Shown here: piece by piece, positions 19,140 to 28,487 of the stretch | How positions within the stretch are numbered: position 1 is the first letter of the stretch | Layout: every line of letters begins with the position of its first letter | Origin: Fibrobacteria bacterium | GTDB lineage: Bacteria; Fibrobacterota; Fibrobacteria; UBA11236 | Assembly: GCA_017881725.1 (NCBI GenBank) | Contig: JADGQO010000076.1 | Location: 6,190 to 70,189, forward strand | Reading direction: 5' to 3' | Length of the DNA stretch: 64,000 bases | Notes under the pieces: model-generated | Database searches by the model: none | What the model saw: the letters and a program-made list of their open reading frames with translations, nothing else | Told to the model about the DNA's origin: nothing | Program-made: the position numbers and the translations under genes

Positions 19140-20796
19140 TAGTACCGGCGTATCCTGATTTCAGAAATCGGCACAGGTAAATACCGGGCCGCAATCCGTT
19201 TCCGGCAAGCGCATCCGTTACCGGAACGGAATAGTTTCCGGAAAATTGAAAGGCATCGACCAAGGTCGCGACGCTGTGCCCGAATGGATCCAATATTTCG
19301 ATTTTGACCTTACCGGCGCTCTCGACGGCATAATTGAGGCGTCCGAAAGCATCGACGAATATTCTACGCGATTGGGAATTCGCGGATGAAACAATGCCCG
19401 GAATCCGCCTTATGCCTACGGGAATTTCGGCAATGATTTCGGAGAATATGTCGGAATTTGAATTTCGGAAATCCTGCCACAATGCGATATAGCCTTCATT
19501 CCCGTCGGTGACCAAAAACGGATTCAGTTGGTCTTTCACGGTGGGAGAAATGGCCATTCCCCCCGGAAGAGATAACACAGATCCATCCGCGCTTATGATT
19601 TGGGTTAGGACGCTACTCACCGGATTTCCTTGGGCTACCCATGCGATGCTGGCTCCGCCTCGATATAGTTTAACGATTTGCGGATCCGATTGATCGCCGG
19701 CCACACCAACACCCACCTGCACTCCAGTGGACGCCCATTGGATATTTCCAGCCCCGTTTACCCTCTGTGCAAAAATTTGCGTAGCGGCCGTTCGTTTGTC
19801 CGTCCAAGCTATAATTGCGCCGCCCTGCCCATCCCCATCGAGCACCGGATCAAACTGATCTTTTTCCTGATTGCCATTCACCACGACGCCATCCGCATGC
19901 CATTTTACCTGCCCGTTCCCGTCGATTCGCTGGGCGAAAATATCGACATCGATGTTATTGCGAAGGTCGTTCCATACGACAATGGCGCCGCCGCTCCCAT
20001 CGCCGACCAACCGTGGGCGAGATTGTTTTGAAGTTGCGGTGGAAATTGCGACTCCGTTGGAATCCCATTTCAATTTTCCGGTGGAATCCAACGCCTGGGC
20101 ATATATGTCATCTTCCCCCGACCGCTGATCTTGCCAAACCACCATGACGCCACCATCGGAAAGGCTGAGTAAATGTGGATCCGATTGATTGCCCTTTTGC
20201 CGGCGAAGCGGCACTCCTCCAGGACTCCAATCCATCGCGCCTGCATTGGAAATCCGTTGCGCGACAATATTGGCGGAATCGGAAGTATTTGGTCTGTCCT
20301 CCCAGGCGATAATCGCGCCTCCGGAACCATCGGCGACAATCACCGGGTTCCTTTGTTCGGATGTTGAGTCGCCCAAGGCCAAGCCATCGGCGGCCCACTG
20401 GACAATGCCGTGTCGATCCACCTTTTGCGCAAAAATTTTAGTTACGCCGTTCCGTCCATCTTCCCAGGCTATAATGGCTCCGTCGCTGGTATCCTTGGCG
20501 ATGGCCGGGTGTCGCTGCTCGCCGCTCGCGATAGATATCGGGATACCGTTTTTTTCCCAACTTGCGGAATCGCATCCACATAGTAATTGGGCGTAGACGT
20601 CTCCGTTTCCATTGCGATTATCTTCCCAGGCAATGATGGCGCCACTGCCGGCCGAAAGTCCGACCGCCACGGGTTTGCTTTGGACTTTTTCATTTTCACA
20701 TATCGGTCTGGACGAATCGGACGCCATCGAAAGCAGCGGAAAACATAATTGCGCCAGTAACGCTGATAATTGTACACTTCGCTTGAATTTTTTCAT
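19117..20796 (-). CDS. Secreted repeat (beta-propeller-like) protein with FlgD-Ig/T9SS-like C-terminal domain
   Basis: Signal peptide; about eight ~55-aa repeats Q..P.I..DG.GGAI.AW.D.R...IFAQR.D..G...W; CTD VKIEILDPFGHSVATLV..PGIYLCR. Confidence 0.75.
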   Translation of the reverse strand: MKKFKRSVQLSALLAQLCFPLLSMASDSSRPICENEKVQSKPVAVGLSAGSGAIIAWEDNRNGNGDVYAQLLCGCDSASWEKNGIPISIASGEQRHPAIAKDTSDGAIIAWEDGRNGVTKIFAQKVDRHGIVQWAADGLALGDSTSEQRNPVIVADGSGGAIIAWEDRPNTSDSANIVAQRISNAGAMDWSPGGVPLRRQKGNQSDPHLLSLSDGGVMVVWQDQRSGEDDIYAQALDSTGKLKWDSNGVAISTATSKQSRPRLVGDGSGGAIVVWNDLRNNIDVDIFAQRIDGNGQVKWHADGVVVNGNQEKDQFDPVLDGDGQGGAIIAWTDKRTAATQIFAQRVNGAGNIQWASTGVQVGVGVAGDQSDPQIVKLYRGGASIAWVAQGNPVSSVLTQIISADGSVLSLPGGMAISPTVKDQLNPFLVTDGNEGYIALWQDFRNSNSDIFSEIIAEIPVGIRRIPGIVSSANSQSRRIFVDAFGRLNYAVESAGKVKIEILDPFGHSVATLVDAFQFSGNYSVPVTDALAGNGLRPGIYLCRFLKSGYAGTNEIFVTR

Positions 20797-20838
20797 GACT
20801 AATCCCCTTCAGGAATCAATGCAATTGAATGAATGGAA

Positions 20839-20854
20839 GGCAATTTTTTATCCT
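20839..20854 (-). promoter_or_regulatory. Possible sigma54 promoter for the propeller-DGC operon
   Basis: Minus strand AGGATAAAAAATTGCC = GG-N10-GC with TTGC; -24 half is weak. Confidence 0.4.
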
Positions 20855-21137
20855 CGGTCGAACCCGATGTGATGTTGCGCCCAATATCAGTTTCACCTTA
20901 ATATTTTGCAACAACTTTAATCGAATTCAATAATGGCTCCTGATCCATGATTTCCATTCCTCTGATAGGCAATTTTTGGAATTTGATTATCGTTATTAAG
21001 AAATTCCAAAATGGATAAATCCAGATGTCATCTTTAGAATCGCGACTTACCGGATATTGAATGGACCTACGGCGTTGGTTTGAGCCAATACCTTAAGATT
21101 AAGATTGAAATTTCATTCTTTTCTCATTTTATGATCT

Positions 21138-21153
21138 AGGCATAAGGATTGCT
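21138..21153 (+). promoter_or_regulatory. Putative sigma54 promoter for the EPS operon
   Basis: AGGCATAAGGATTGCT, close to the TGGCAC-N5-TTGC consensus. Confidence 0.7.
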
Positions 21154-21165
21154 TTGTAATCCTGC

Positions 21166-22317
21166 ATGAAATTCAATCGTGTATTCAAACAAGAGCAGGC
21201 CTCCCGTTTTCGAATTGGGTCCGGCACCGACGGACTATATTCCCAGGAACTTTTCCGAGATTTACTCGTACTTGAACGCAAACGCGCCGAACGATCCAAA
21301 CACCAATTGTTTTTCGTCGCCCTGGATATCAAGGATGCGCTCACTTCGACGCGCACGGATATTGAAGTGGTCGGCGCCGTCATCAAAGCAATCACCAAAG
21401 CTACACGTGAAATTGATATCAAGGGATGGTATGAGAATCCGGTCTGCATAGGAATTATTTACACTGAAGTATCGATCGATGCCTGTGAACAGATATTAAA
21501 TAAAATCAGGCATGAACTGGCTCAAGCCCTGGACATCGATATGGTGTCCCGCATCGGAATCACCTATACGACATTCCCGGAGCTTGACGGCAAAAGGTGG
21601 ACTCGGGATAGGAGCGAAGAGAATGTATTGTATCCCACGCTGCGCCCGCCCACGACTCGTAAAAAAACCCAATTATGGTTGAAGCGGTTCCTGGATTTGA
21701 CCGCCAGCGCCTTAGGGATTGTCGTGCTGTCACCATTGCTTTGCGCCGTCGCAATCCTGATTAAAACCACGTCGCGCGGGCCTGTCGTCTTCAAGCAGGA
21801 GCGCATAGGCTTTGGCGGTAAAAAATTCATGCTCTATAAATTCCGCTCCATGTATTTGAATAACAATCCGGCCTTGCATCAGGATTTCGTCAAGAACCTC
21901 ATCGCCGGCCTGGCATCGGTATCCAGCCTGGCGTCGGAATCCGAAAACGGCCGACACCCCGCTTATAAAATCCAAAATGATCCGCGGGTGACTTTCATCG
22001 GCCGCTTTTTACGAGCCACCAGCATCGACGAACTTCCGCAGCTATTCAACGTATTGCAAGGCAACATGTCGTTGGTGGGCCCGCGGCCGCCCTTGGCATA
22101 TGAAGTCGAAGTCTACGAAGCGTGGCACCGCCCCAGAGTGGTGGAAGTCAAGCCCGGGATTACCGGGCTCTGGCAAGTGAAGGGCAGAAGCATGACAACA
22201 TTCGATGGCATGGTAAGGATGGATTTGGAATACATCCATAATTGGTCCTTATGGCTGGATCTCAAGCTCCTATTGAAAACTCCGGCCGCCGTCGTTACCA
22301 CCAAGGGCGCATATTGA
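21166..22317 (+). CDS. Priming polyprenyl-phosphate glycosylphosphotransferase with N-terminal degenerate GGDEF-like domain
   Basis: C-terminal [43 protein letters not shown]; N-terminal LY..ELF..ERKRAER..LDI..REID. Confidence 0.85.
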   Translation: MKFNRVFKQEQASRFRIGSGTDGLYSQELFRDLLVLERKRAERSKHQLFFVALDIKDALTSTRTDIEVVGAVIKAITKATREIDIKGWYENPVCIGIIYTEVSIDACEQILNKIRHELAQALDIDMVSRIGITYTTFPELDGKRWTRDRSEENVLYPTLRPPTTRKKTQLWLKRFLDLTASALGIVVLSPLLCAVAILIKTTSRGPVVFKQERIGFGGKKFMLYKFRSMYLNNNPALHQDFVKNLIAGLASVSSLASESENGRHPAYKIQNDPRVTFIGRFLRATSIDELPQLFNVLQGNMSLVGPRPPLAYEVEVYEAWHRPRVVEVKPGITGLWQVKGRSMTTFDGMVRMDLEYIHNWSLWLDLKLLLKTPAAVVTTKGAY

Positions 22318-22351
22318 AAACCTGGATTTTGAATAATCAGATGGGATTAAC

Positions 22352-23353
22352 ATGGTAAACGTCGGAGTCATCGGCTACGGGTACTGGGGCCCGAACATTG
22401 TCCGCAATTTCAATTTGGTTAGGGACTGCAAAGTCACTTGCATTTGCGATTCGGATCCAAAGGTCGAAGCCCATCTCTCCAAAATATTCCCGGAAATCAA
22501 AATCACCCGGGACTTCAATACCATCCTGGTGGATCCGGAAATCGATGTGGTCGCCATCGTCACGCCGGTTTCCACCCATTATGAATTGGCGAAAAAGGCC
22601 TTGGAAAACGGCAAAAATGTCTTCGTGGAAAAGCCATTCACGCAAACCCCACCGCAAGCCCTAGAGCTAATCAACCTGGCCGAGCAGAAAAACCTGAAGA
22701 TCATGGTCGATCACACTTTCATTTTTTCGGGCGCTGTTTCGAAAATCAAGGAATTCATAACCAACGGGGAAATCGGCCAAATTTACTACTACGATTCCAC
22801 GCGGATCAATCTCGGTCTTTTCCAACGCGACGTCAACGTGATTTGGGATTTGGCTCCACATGACTTCGCCATCATGCTTCATCTGCTTTCGGATCGTCCC
22901 GATGCCATCCGGGTTTTCGGGAAGTCCCATGTCAATGGCATGGAGGATGTCGCCCATATTCTGGTGTACTTCACGAATAACCTCATGGCGCATTTCAACG
23001 TAAACTGGCTTTCTCCGGTAAAAATCCGGAGCACCATGATAGGCGGCGACAAGCGCATGCTGGTGTGGAACGACATTTCCCCGGATGAAAAGATTAAAGT
23101 TTACGACCGGGGCGTGAATCATGACACCCCTGAGGACATCCATAATCTACTGGTCAGCTATCGCTCCGGAGACATGTGGTCGCCCAAGCTGGATCAACGC
23201 GAGCCGTTATTGATTGAGTTGACGCATTTCATCGAATGCATCATCGGAAATAAAAAAAATATCTCGGACGGAAAATCCGGTCTGGAAGTCGTCAACCTCC
23301 TGCACGCCTGTGAGAAATCCATCCGCCACAATGGCGGACTGGTGATTTTATGA
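22352..23353 (+). CDS. Gfo/Idh/MocA NAD-dependent oxidoreductase (WbpB/WlbA-like sugar dehydrogenase)
   Basis: GYGYWG Rossmann motif, VFVEKP, WDLAPHD. Confidence 0.85.
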   Translation: MVNVGVIGYGYWGPNIVRNFNLVRDCKVTCICDSDPKVEAHLSKIFPEIKITRDFNTILVDPEIDVVAIVTPVSTHYELAKKALENGKNVFVEKPFTQTPPQALELINLAEQKNLKIMVDHTFIFSGAVSKIKEFITNGEIGQIYYYDSTRINLGLFQRDVNVIWDLAPHDFAIMLHLLSDRPDAIRVFGKSHVNGMEDVAHILVYFTNNLMAHFNVNWLSPVKIRSTMIGGDKRMLVWNDISPDEKIKVYDRGVNHDTPEDIHNLLVSYRSGDMWSPKLDQREPLLIELTHFIECIIGNKKNISDGKSGLEVVNLLHACEKSIRHNGGLVIL

Positions 23354-23832
23354 GCACCCGGAAAATCGCGGATGACGTCGTCATCGGAAACCAAGTCTAC
23401 CTTGCGGAATTCATCAACCTATACGGTTGCCGAATCGGCGACGGAAGCAAGATCGGCGCGTTCGTGGAAGTGCAAGCCAACGCGGTGATTGGAAGCAATT
23501 GTAAAATTTCCAGCCACTCCTTTATTTGCGAAGGCGTCTTGATCGAGGACGGGGTCTTCATAGGGCATGGCGTGGTTTTCATCAACGACAAGCATCCGCG
23601 CGCAACCAATGCGGACGGCTCTTCCCAGTCCAAAGCGGATTGGAAGGTTATTCCAACCCTTGTGAAAAAGGGCGCCACGATCGGTTCGGGCGCGACAATC
23701 ATGTGCGGAATAACCGTCGGAGAAAACGCCATCGTCGGAGCGGGGAGCATGGTTCTCGCGGATGTCGAAAGGGATACCACCGTGGCCGGAAACCCGGCCA
23801 GATTAATCAAGAGGCATCATGTTGACAACTAA
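23350..23832 (+). CDS. Hexapeptide-repeat N-acetyltransferase (WbpD/WlbB-like)
   Basis: Left-handed beta-helix repeats, FIND, GNPAR. Confidence 0.85.
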   Translation: MSTRKIADDVVIGNQVYLAEFINLYGCRIGDGSKIGAFVEVQANAVIGSNCKISSHSFICEGVLIEDGVFIGHGVVFINDKHPRATNADGSSQSKADWKVIPTLVKKGATIGSGATIMCGITVGENAIVGAGSMVLADVERDTTVAGNPARLIKRHHVDN

Positions 23833-25063
23833 CCAAGTCCCATTCCTTGATCTGATTGCGCCCCACGAAATGATCAGGAGCCGCCTAATGGCCGTCCTAT
23901 CCGAAACGATTTCCACGGGGCATTTCGTGGGCGGAGCGGCAGTGGAAAAGTTTGAGGATGAATTCGCCGGATTTTGCGGGACATCCCATTGCGTCGGCTT
24001 GGGTAGCGGAACCGATGCGCTTCGATTCGCCCTCATGGCGACGATTCCCCCGGGATCAATCGTAATCACCGTTCCGAACACCTTCATCGCCACCACCGAG
24101 GCCATATCGCAATCAGGCGCGATACCATATTTTGTCGATGTCGATGAAAGGACGCTCAATATGAGCCCCGCGGCGTTATCCGCGTTCCTGTCCATGGAAT
24201 GCTACGTCGACAGCCGGCATGGCAACCACACCATCCACACCATCAGCGGCAGAACCGTATCCGCTATCGTCCCCGTCCATTTGTACGGCCAAACCGCCGA
24301 CATGGATGCGCTGCAGGCTTTGGCCGATGAGTACCATATTTTGGTCATTGAGGATGCATGCCAAGCGCATGGAGCCGGGTACTTTTCAAACAAAAAAAAT
24401 AAATGGTGCAAGGCCGGTTCCATGTCCATCGCCGCTGCCTTCAGTTTTTACCCCGGTAAAAACCTGGGCGCCCTGGGTGATGGCGGAGCCTTAACTACGA
24501 ATGATCCGGCCATCGCCGCCCGCGTCCGATTGCTTCGCGAGCATGGATCGAGCAAAAAGTATTACCACCCCATCGAAGGCTACAATGGCCGCTTGGACGC
24601 GCTGCAGGCGGGATTCCTCAGCGAAAAGCTTCCCTATCTCCAATCCGCGAACAGTTCGCGTCGCCAATGCGCCGAATACTACGATCAATCCCTGGCGAAC
24701 ATACCGGGACTAACGACGCCTTTCGAACCCAAATGTTTCCACGGTAATTACCACCTTTACGTCATCAAGGCGGAACGCCGGAATGAACTCCAACGGCATC
24801 TGACCGAACAAGGGATCGGAACCGGACTTCATTATCCACTGCCCCTCCATTTGCAGGAAGCGTATAAGCGTCTGAACTACCGTCCCAATGATTACCCCAT
24901 CGCCGAGGCGGCCGCCGGTAAAATTTTATCCTTGCCCATGTTTCCATCCTTAACCTTGCAGCAGCAGGATCTGGTGGTCGATTCGATTAAAGAATTTTAT
25001 GGAGCCCATTCCGGGACCGGATTCGACGGCCTGGAAAAACCCCAACCTATCGCGTTGGCGTGA
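23819..25063 (+). CDS. DegT/DnrJ/EryC1/StrS PLP aminotransferase (WbpE-like)
   Basis: SGTDAL, PVHLYG, EDACQAHGA, FSFYPGKNLGA. Confidence 0.9.
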   Translation: MLTTNQVPFLDLIAPHEMIRSRLMAVLSETISTGHFVGGAAVEKFEDEFAGFCGTSHCVGLGSGTDALRFALMATIPPGSIVITVPNTFIATTEAISQSGAIPYFVDVDERTLNMSPAALSAFLSMECYVDSRHGNHTIHTISGRTVSAIVPVHLYGQTADMDALQALADEYHILVIEDACQAHGAGYFSNKKNKWCKAGSMSIAAAFSFYPGKNLGALGDGGALTTNDPAIAARVRLLREHGSSKKYYHPIEGYNGRLDALQAGFLSEKLPYLQSANSSRRQCAEYYDQSLANIPGLTTPFEPKCFHGNYHLYVIKAERRNELQRHLTEQGIGTGLHYPLPLHLQEAYKRLNYRPNDYPIAEAAAGKILSLPMFPSLTLQQQDLVVDSIKEFYGAHSGTGFDGLEKPQPIALA

Positions 25064-25104
25064 ATAGGATGGCGGTTCCTCTTGAATTCCTTGGTTGGAA
25101 ATAA

Positions 25105-25929
25105 ATGAGGTTCGATCGGAGCATCTCGATCGCCATCTCCGCGCTGCGTCGCGAACCGGACGCGGGAGCCATCGCCATACTCATGTACCATAGCATCAGT
25201 AGCCGCCCTGAGAGCGCCGGTCATCCCTATTTCAGAACCGCCACGTCACCCGCGCGGTTTTCCGAACAAATGGAATGGCTTGCCGAGGCGGGCGCGGAAA
25301 TAGTCGAACTTGAAAAATGGAATTCGCCGGCGGCAACGGGAAAATCTCCCCGGGTCATAATCACTTTCGATGACGGTTTTTCCGATTTTTTATCCGATGC
25401 CCTTCCCGCCTTAAACCGGCATGGCTATCCGTCGACGGTTTTTCTTCCGACGGCATTCATCGGAACGGGAAAGGAGCTGCTGCCCGGCACAAAACACCTT
25501 GCTTGGGGTCAGATCGAAAAATTAAGCGCGGCCGGAGTCACATTCGGCTCGCATACCGCGCGCCATCTTCCTTTGGCAACGTTGTCCCGTCGGGAAATTT
25601 ACGTTGAAGTTGAAACTTCGGCGGAATCCATCGAAAAACACCTAGGTAAAAGAGTGATTTCCTTTTCCTGCCCATACGCCTATCCTCAGGCCCATCCCGA
25701 AACCCTTTCCGCTCTGCGCGATGGACTTCGCAACCAAGGTTATACGGTTGCGGTCACCACAAAAATAGGCACGGTGTCCCCAGAAGACGATCCGTTGTCC
25801 CTGCGTCGTCTTCCGATCAATTCTGATGACGACAAAAGCCTGTTCTTGGCGAAAATACGGGGAGGATACGACTGGCTCGGTCGAGCCCAACAATTCGTCC
25901 GTCATGCGAAAAAGACACTCCATCTCTGA
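25105..25929 (+). CDS. Polysaccharide deacetylase (CE4/NodB-like)
   Basis: ILMYH, ITFDDG, GSHT..H. Confidence 0.85.
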   Translation: MRFDRSISIAISALRREPDAGAIAILMYHSISSRPESAGHPYFRTATSPARFSEQMEWLAEAGAEIVELEKWNSPAATGKSPRVIITFDDGFSDFLSDALPALNRHGYPSTVFLPTAFIGTGKELLPGTKHLAWGQIEKLSAAGVTFGSHTARHLPLATLSRREIYVEVETSAESIEKHLGKRVISFSCPYAYPQAHPETLSALRDGLRNQGYTVAVTTKIGTVSPEDDPLSLRRLPINSDDDKSLFLAKIRGGYDWLGRAQQFVRHAKKTLHL

Positions 25930-25944
25930 AAGGCAAACGATTTC

Positions 25945-26925
25945 ATGGATCTTTCAATCATCATTGTGAACTGGAAATCGGTCGCGTACTGCGCGGACTG
26001 CATCCACAGCATTCATGCATCGCCATTTCAAGGATCCTACGAGATCATCGTGATTGATAACGCCTCCTACGATGGGTGCGATAAAATGTTGGAAAGTTTA
26101 TACCCTAACGTGAAATTCATTCAGGGGAAAACCAATGCGGGATTCGCACGGGCCAATAATCTGGCGTTCCAATATTCAACGGGTGAAAAAGTGTGCTTCC
26201 TCAACCCCGATACCAAAATTCTAGGCTCGGCCTTGCAAACTCTGTACGACTCCATCGACGGAAATCCCAAAGGTGGAGCTGCGGGAGCAATACTGCGCAA
26301 TGGCGACGGCAGCCTGCAAACCAGTTGCGTATTGCCCTTCCCTACCCTCCTTAATCAAGCGTTGGATATGGAATGGCTTCGTAAACGTTTTCCTTCGGCA
26401 AAACTTTTCGGGGCGCAAGCCTTGTATTCAAATTCGATTTCGCCTCAATCAGTGGAGGCCATCTCGGGCGCCTGCATCATGACGCGCCGGCAAACATTCA
26501 TTGACGTCGGCATGTTCGGCCCGGAATATTTCATGTACGCCGAGGACGTCGATTTATGCCGTAAAATCAGAATGTCCGGCAAGAAAATTTATCTGATCAA
26601 GGAAGCGCAAATCATCCACTACGGCGGAGGCAGTAGCCAGGATCGAAAAAGTTCCTTGGTGGGCGCAGTCCTCATGCGCGAATCCAATTACAAAATGTTG
26701 CGCAAATTCCGGGGAACCGGATACGCCCTGCTGTATAGGACAAGCATGGCCGTGATGGGCATGGCCCGCATCGCGGGATTGCTCCTGTTCCTCGCGCCGG
26801 CAGCGGCCGTTGGAAACGGTAGAATCATGCTTCAAATCATGCGGCGCTGGTGGCATTTGCTCACCTGGGCCATTGGGATTAACCGATTGCCGATTTCCAT
26901 GAACCCGATTACGGCCGACTTATGA
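25945..26925 (+). CDS. Glycosyltransferase family 2
   Basis: SIIIVNW, DNAS.DG, GFARANN, LNPD, YAEDVDLC. Confidence 0.88.
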   Translation: MDLSIIIVNWKSVAYCADCIHSIHASPFQGSYEIIVIDNASYDGCDKMLESLYPNVKFIQGKTNAGFARANNLAFQYSTGEKVCFLNPDTKILGSALQTLYDSIDGNPKGGAAGAILRNGDGSLQTSCVLPFPTLLNQALDMEWLRKRFPSAKLFGAQALYSNSISPQSVEAISGACIMTRRQTFIDVGMFGPEYFMYAEDVDLCRKIRMSGKKIYLIKEAQIIHYGGGSSQDRKSSLVGAVLMRESNYKMLRKFRGTGYALLYRTSMAVMGMARIAGLLLFLAPAAAVGNGRIMLQIMRRWWHLLTWAIGINRLPISMNPITADL

Positions 26926-26943
26926 CCCCTCCAGGAGTTTATC

Positions 26944-28476
26944 TTGCGTAATCCTTTAAGTCACTCCGTATCCGTAATTCAAAAATCCCTGGCTGGCGGC
27001 GGCCTGAAAGGCCGTGTCCTGCGCGGCGGCGCGATGTTGGGGATCGGAAGCACCATGGAACATGGAGTCAGGTTTTTACGCAATATGCTTCTGACCCGCA
27101 TTTTGATGCCGGAAGCATTGGGCGTCATGACCATTATATTGGCGATCAACGCAGCGCTGGAATCCTTCACGGAAGTCGGCGTTCGCGAGGCCGTAGTGCA
27201 ACACGTCGATGCAGGTAATCCATCCTTTCTCAATGCGGCGTGGTGGTTCTCCACCGGCCGCGGGGCGATCCTTTGCACCTTGGGAATGTTATCCGCCTGG
27301 CCCCTGGCCGGATTTTATCACATCGTGCCATTCCGCGGTCTTTTAATGGTTTCCTTCCTCGCCATCCTGCTGAACGGCGCCATCAGCACGCGCGCGTATT
27401 TGGCCGTGAAGCAATTGCACTATGGCCGATGGGTCGCCATCATGCAAGGTTCGGCGCTGGGCGGTATCTGCGTAACGCTCGTGTTGGTTTGGGTATTGCG
27501 CGACATCCGGGCTTTGGTTTTCGGATTCATTGCAGAGTCGGCTTTTCGCCTGCTTCTGTCCTTTATCCTTTGCCCATTCCGGCCGGGAAGGCAATTCGAG
27601 AAAAGTCAAACCAAGGAACTGTTCCGATTCGCCCGGGGGATGGCCGGAGTCCCGTTCTTAACCTTCCTCTTCATAGAAGCGGATATTTTCGTACTGGGAA
27701 AATTAGTGGACAAACGGAGTTTGGGCCTATATGGGATGGTGGAAACGCTGGCGGGAGCGCCCGCGGTACTCATTTCGATTTTCATCAACCCCATTCTGAT
27801 GCCCGCCTTCGCGCAGATTCGCGATCAATTTACGCGCATCAACAATGCCTTGCTGAAAGCCACGCGGGCCATGTCCGTGACCGGTTTCCTGCTCTGCGCC
27901 TGGGTGATATTGTTCGGGGGTGACATCTTGCGGTTAACTTATGGGCAGGCCTATGGCAGCGCGGGGCCAATCCTGGCCATATTATTTTGCGGATCCGTCT
28001 TACGCACTTTGGCATCCCCTATTCCGGCCATTTATCTGGGCATCGGACGTCCCGGCTTAAACCGAACCTTCACGGCGATACGCACCGCGATCGTCCTTCT
28101 GCTCATCTATCCGGCTGTACTATTCTATGGCCTCAAGGGCGCGGCGTGTGCGGGGGTGATTTCCATGACGCTTGCCTGGGGGGTACAAATCCGGCAAATG
28201 TCCAAGCTGACGAAACTGGATCTTGGCGACTATTTCCGCAGCATAGCGGGTGGATTAGTGGGGGCGGGAATCGTGCTGGCCGTCGCATTGGCAGTGCGAT
28301 TTACCTGGCAAGATCCGGTTTTCGTGTTGGCCGCCGCCGGCATCCTCAGCGTGGGAGTTGTGGTCCTCGTCGCGCCCATGATTATTGGTGATTTAAAATT
28401 TACCCCGGAAAGTGGATTGAATCCACTCGATCAAGCGTCGGGTGCGAACAACACACTGATTGTGAGCAAGGCTTAA
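26944..28476 (+). CDS. wzx: Oligosaccharide flippase (Wzx)
   Basis: Multi-TM MOP-family protein; LTRILMPE, GKLV...LGLY; AGGAG RBS before a TTG start. Confidence 0.8.
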   Translation: MRNPLSHSVSVIQKSLAGGGLKGRVLRGGAMLGIGSTMEHGVRFLRNMLLTRILMPEALGVMTIILAINAALESFTEVGVREAVVQHVDAGNPSFLNAAWWFSTGRGAILCTLGMLSAWPLAGFYHIVPFRGLLMVSFLAILLNGAISTRAYLAVKQLHYGRWVAIMQGSALGGICVTLVLVWVLRDIRALVFGFIAESAFRLLLSFILCPFRPGRQFEKSQTKELFRFARGMAGVPFLTFLFIEADIFVLGKLVDKRSLGLYGMVETLAGAPAVLISIFINPILMPAFAQIRDQFTRINNALLKATRAMSVTGFLLCAWVILFGGDILRLTYGQAYGSAGPILAILFCGSVLRTLASPIPAIYLGIGRPGLNRTFTAIRTAIVLLLIYPAVLFYGLKGAACAGVISMTLAWGVQIRQMSKLTKLDLGDYFRSIAGGLVGAGIVLAVALAVRFTWQDPVFVLAAAGILSVGVVVLVAPMIIGDLKFTPESGLNPLDQASGANNTLIVSKA

Positions 28477-28487
28477 GGCCCCTATCC

